Assembly: GCA_040218735.1 (NCBI GenBank)
Contig: JAVJQW010000041.1
Location: forward strand, 256,001 to 320,000
Source: Deltaproteobacteria bacterium
GTDB taxonomy: Bacteria; Myxococcota; Kuafuiibacteriia; Kuafuiibacteriales; Kuafuiibacteriaceae
Reading direction: 5' to 3'
DNA length: 64,000 nt
Below the pieces are notes generated by a model, which worked only from the letters and a program-made list of their open reading frames with translations, was not told the origin of the DNA and searched no databases. Positions 63,999-64,000 of the stretch are shown piece by piece; the stretch's first letter is position 1; the number at the start of each line of letters is the position of its first letter. The position numbers and the translations under genes are program-made.

Positions 63999-64000
63999 CG

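Overview
This is a high-GC, gene-dense bacterial window with about 56 CDS and no rRNA, tRNA, CRISPR array or transposase that I can see. It is most consistent with a Myxococcota genome, given a MYXO-CTERM-type sorting tail, an eukaryotic-like Ser/Thr kinase, ECF sigma/anti-sigma cassettes and many lipoproteins with RDAG/RDGG linkers. Housekeeping genes (sthA, menE, tgt, yebC, ggt, panE, phoD) are mixed with many envelope or secreted accessory genes. The main leads are: (1) an operon of an OmpA-fused ABC solute-binding protein, permease, ATPase, coiled-coil membrane protein, heme-oxygenase-like dimetal enzyme and TPR-aspartic protease; (2) signal-peptide-less candidate effectors or lytic proteins, namely an ankyrin protein with AnkH-like GHA/DNRG/GNC protease motifs behind a GCCGATAA box, a GH46-like + PG-binding + MepA-like double murein hydrolase, and a PG-binding protein; (3) a lipoprotein with an AAC4-like, nuclease-like domain; (4) a pentaheme cytochrome c coupled to a multicopper oxidase; (5) three sigma54 promoters and several -10 boxes positioned to give near-leaderless mRNAs. 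All family calls come from motif recognition by eye, with no database searches, and several start codons were re-called from the ORF track.
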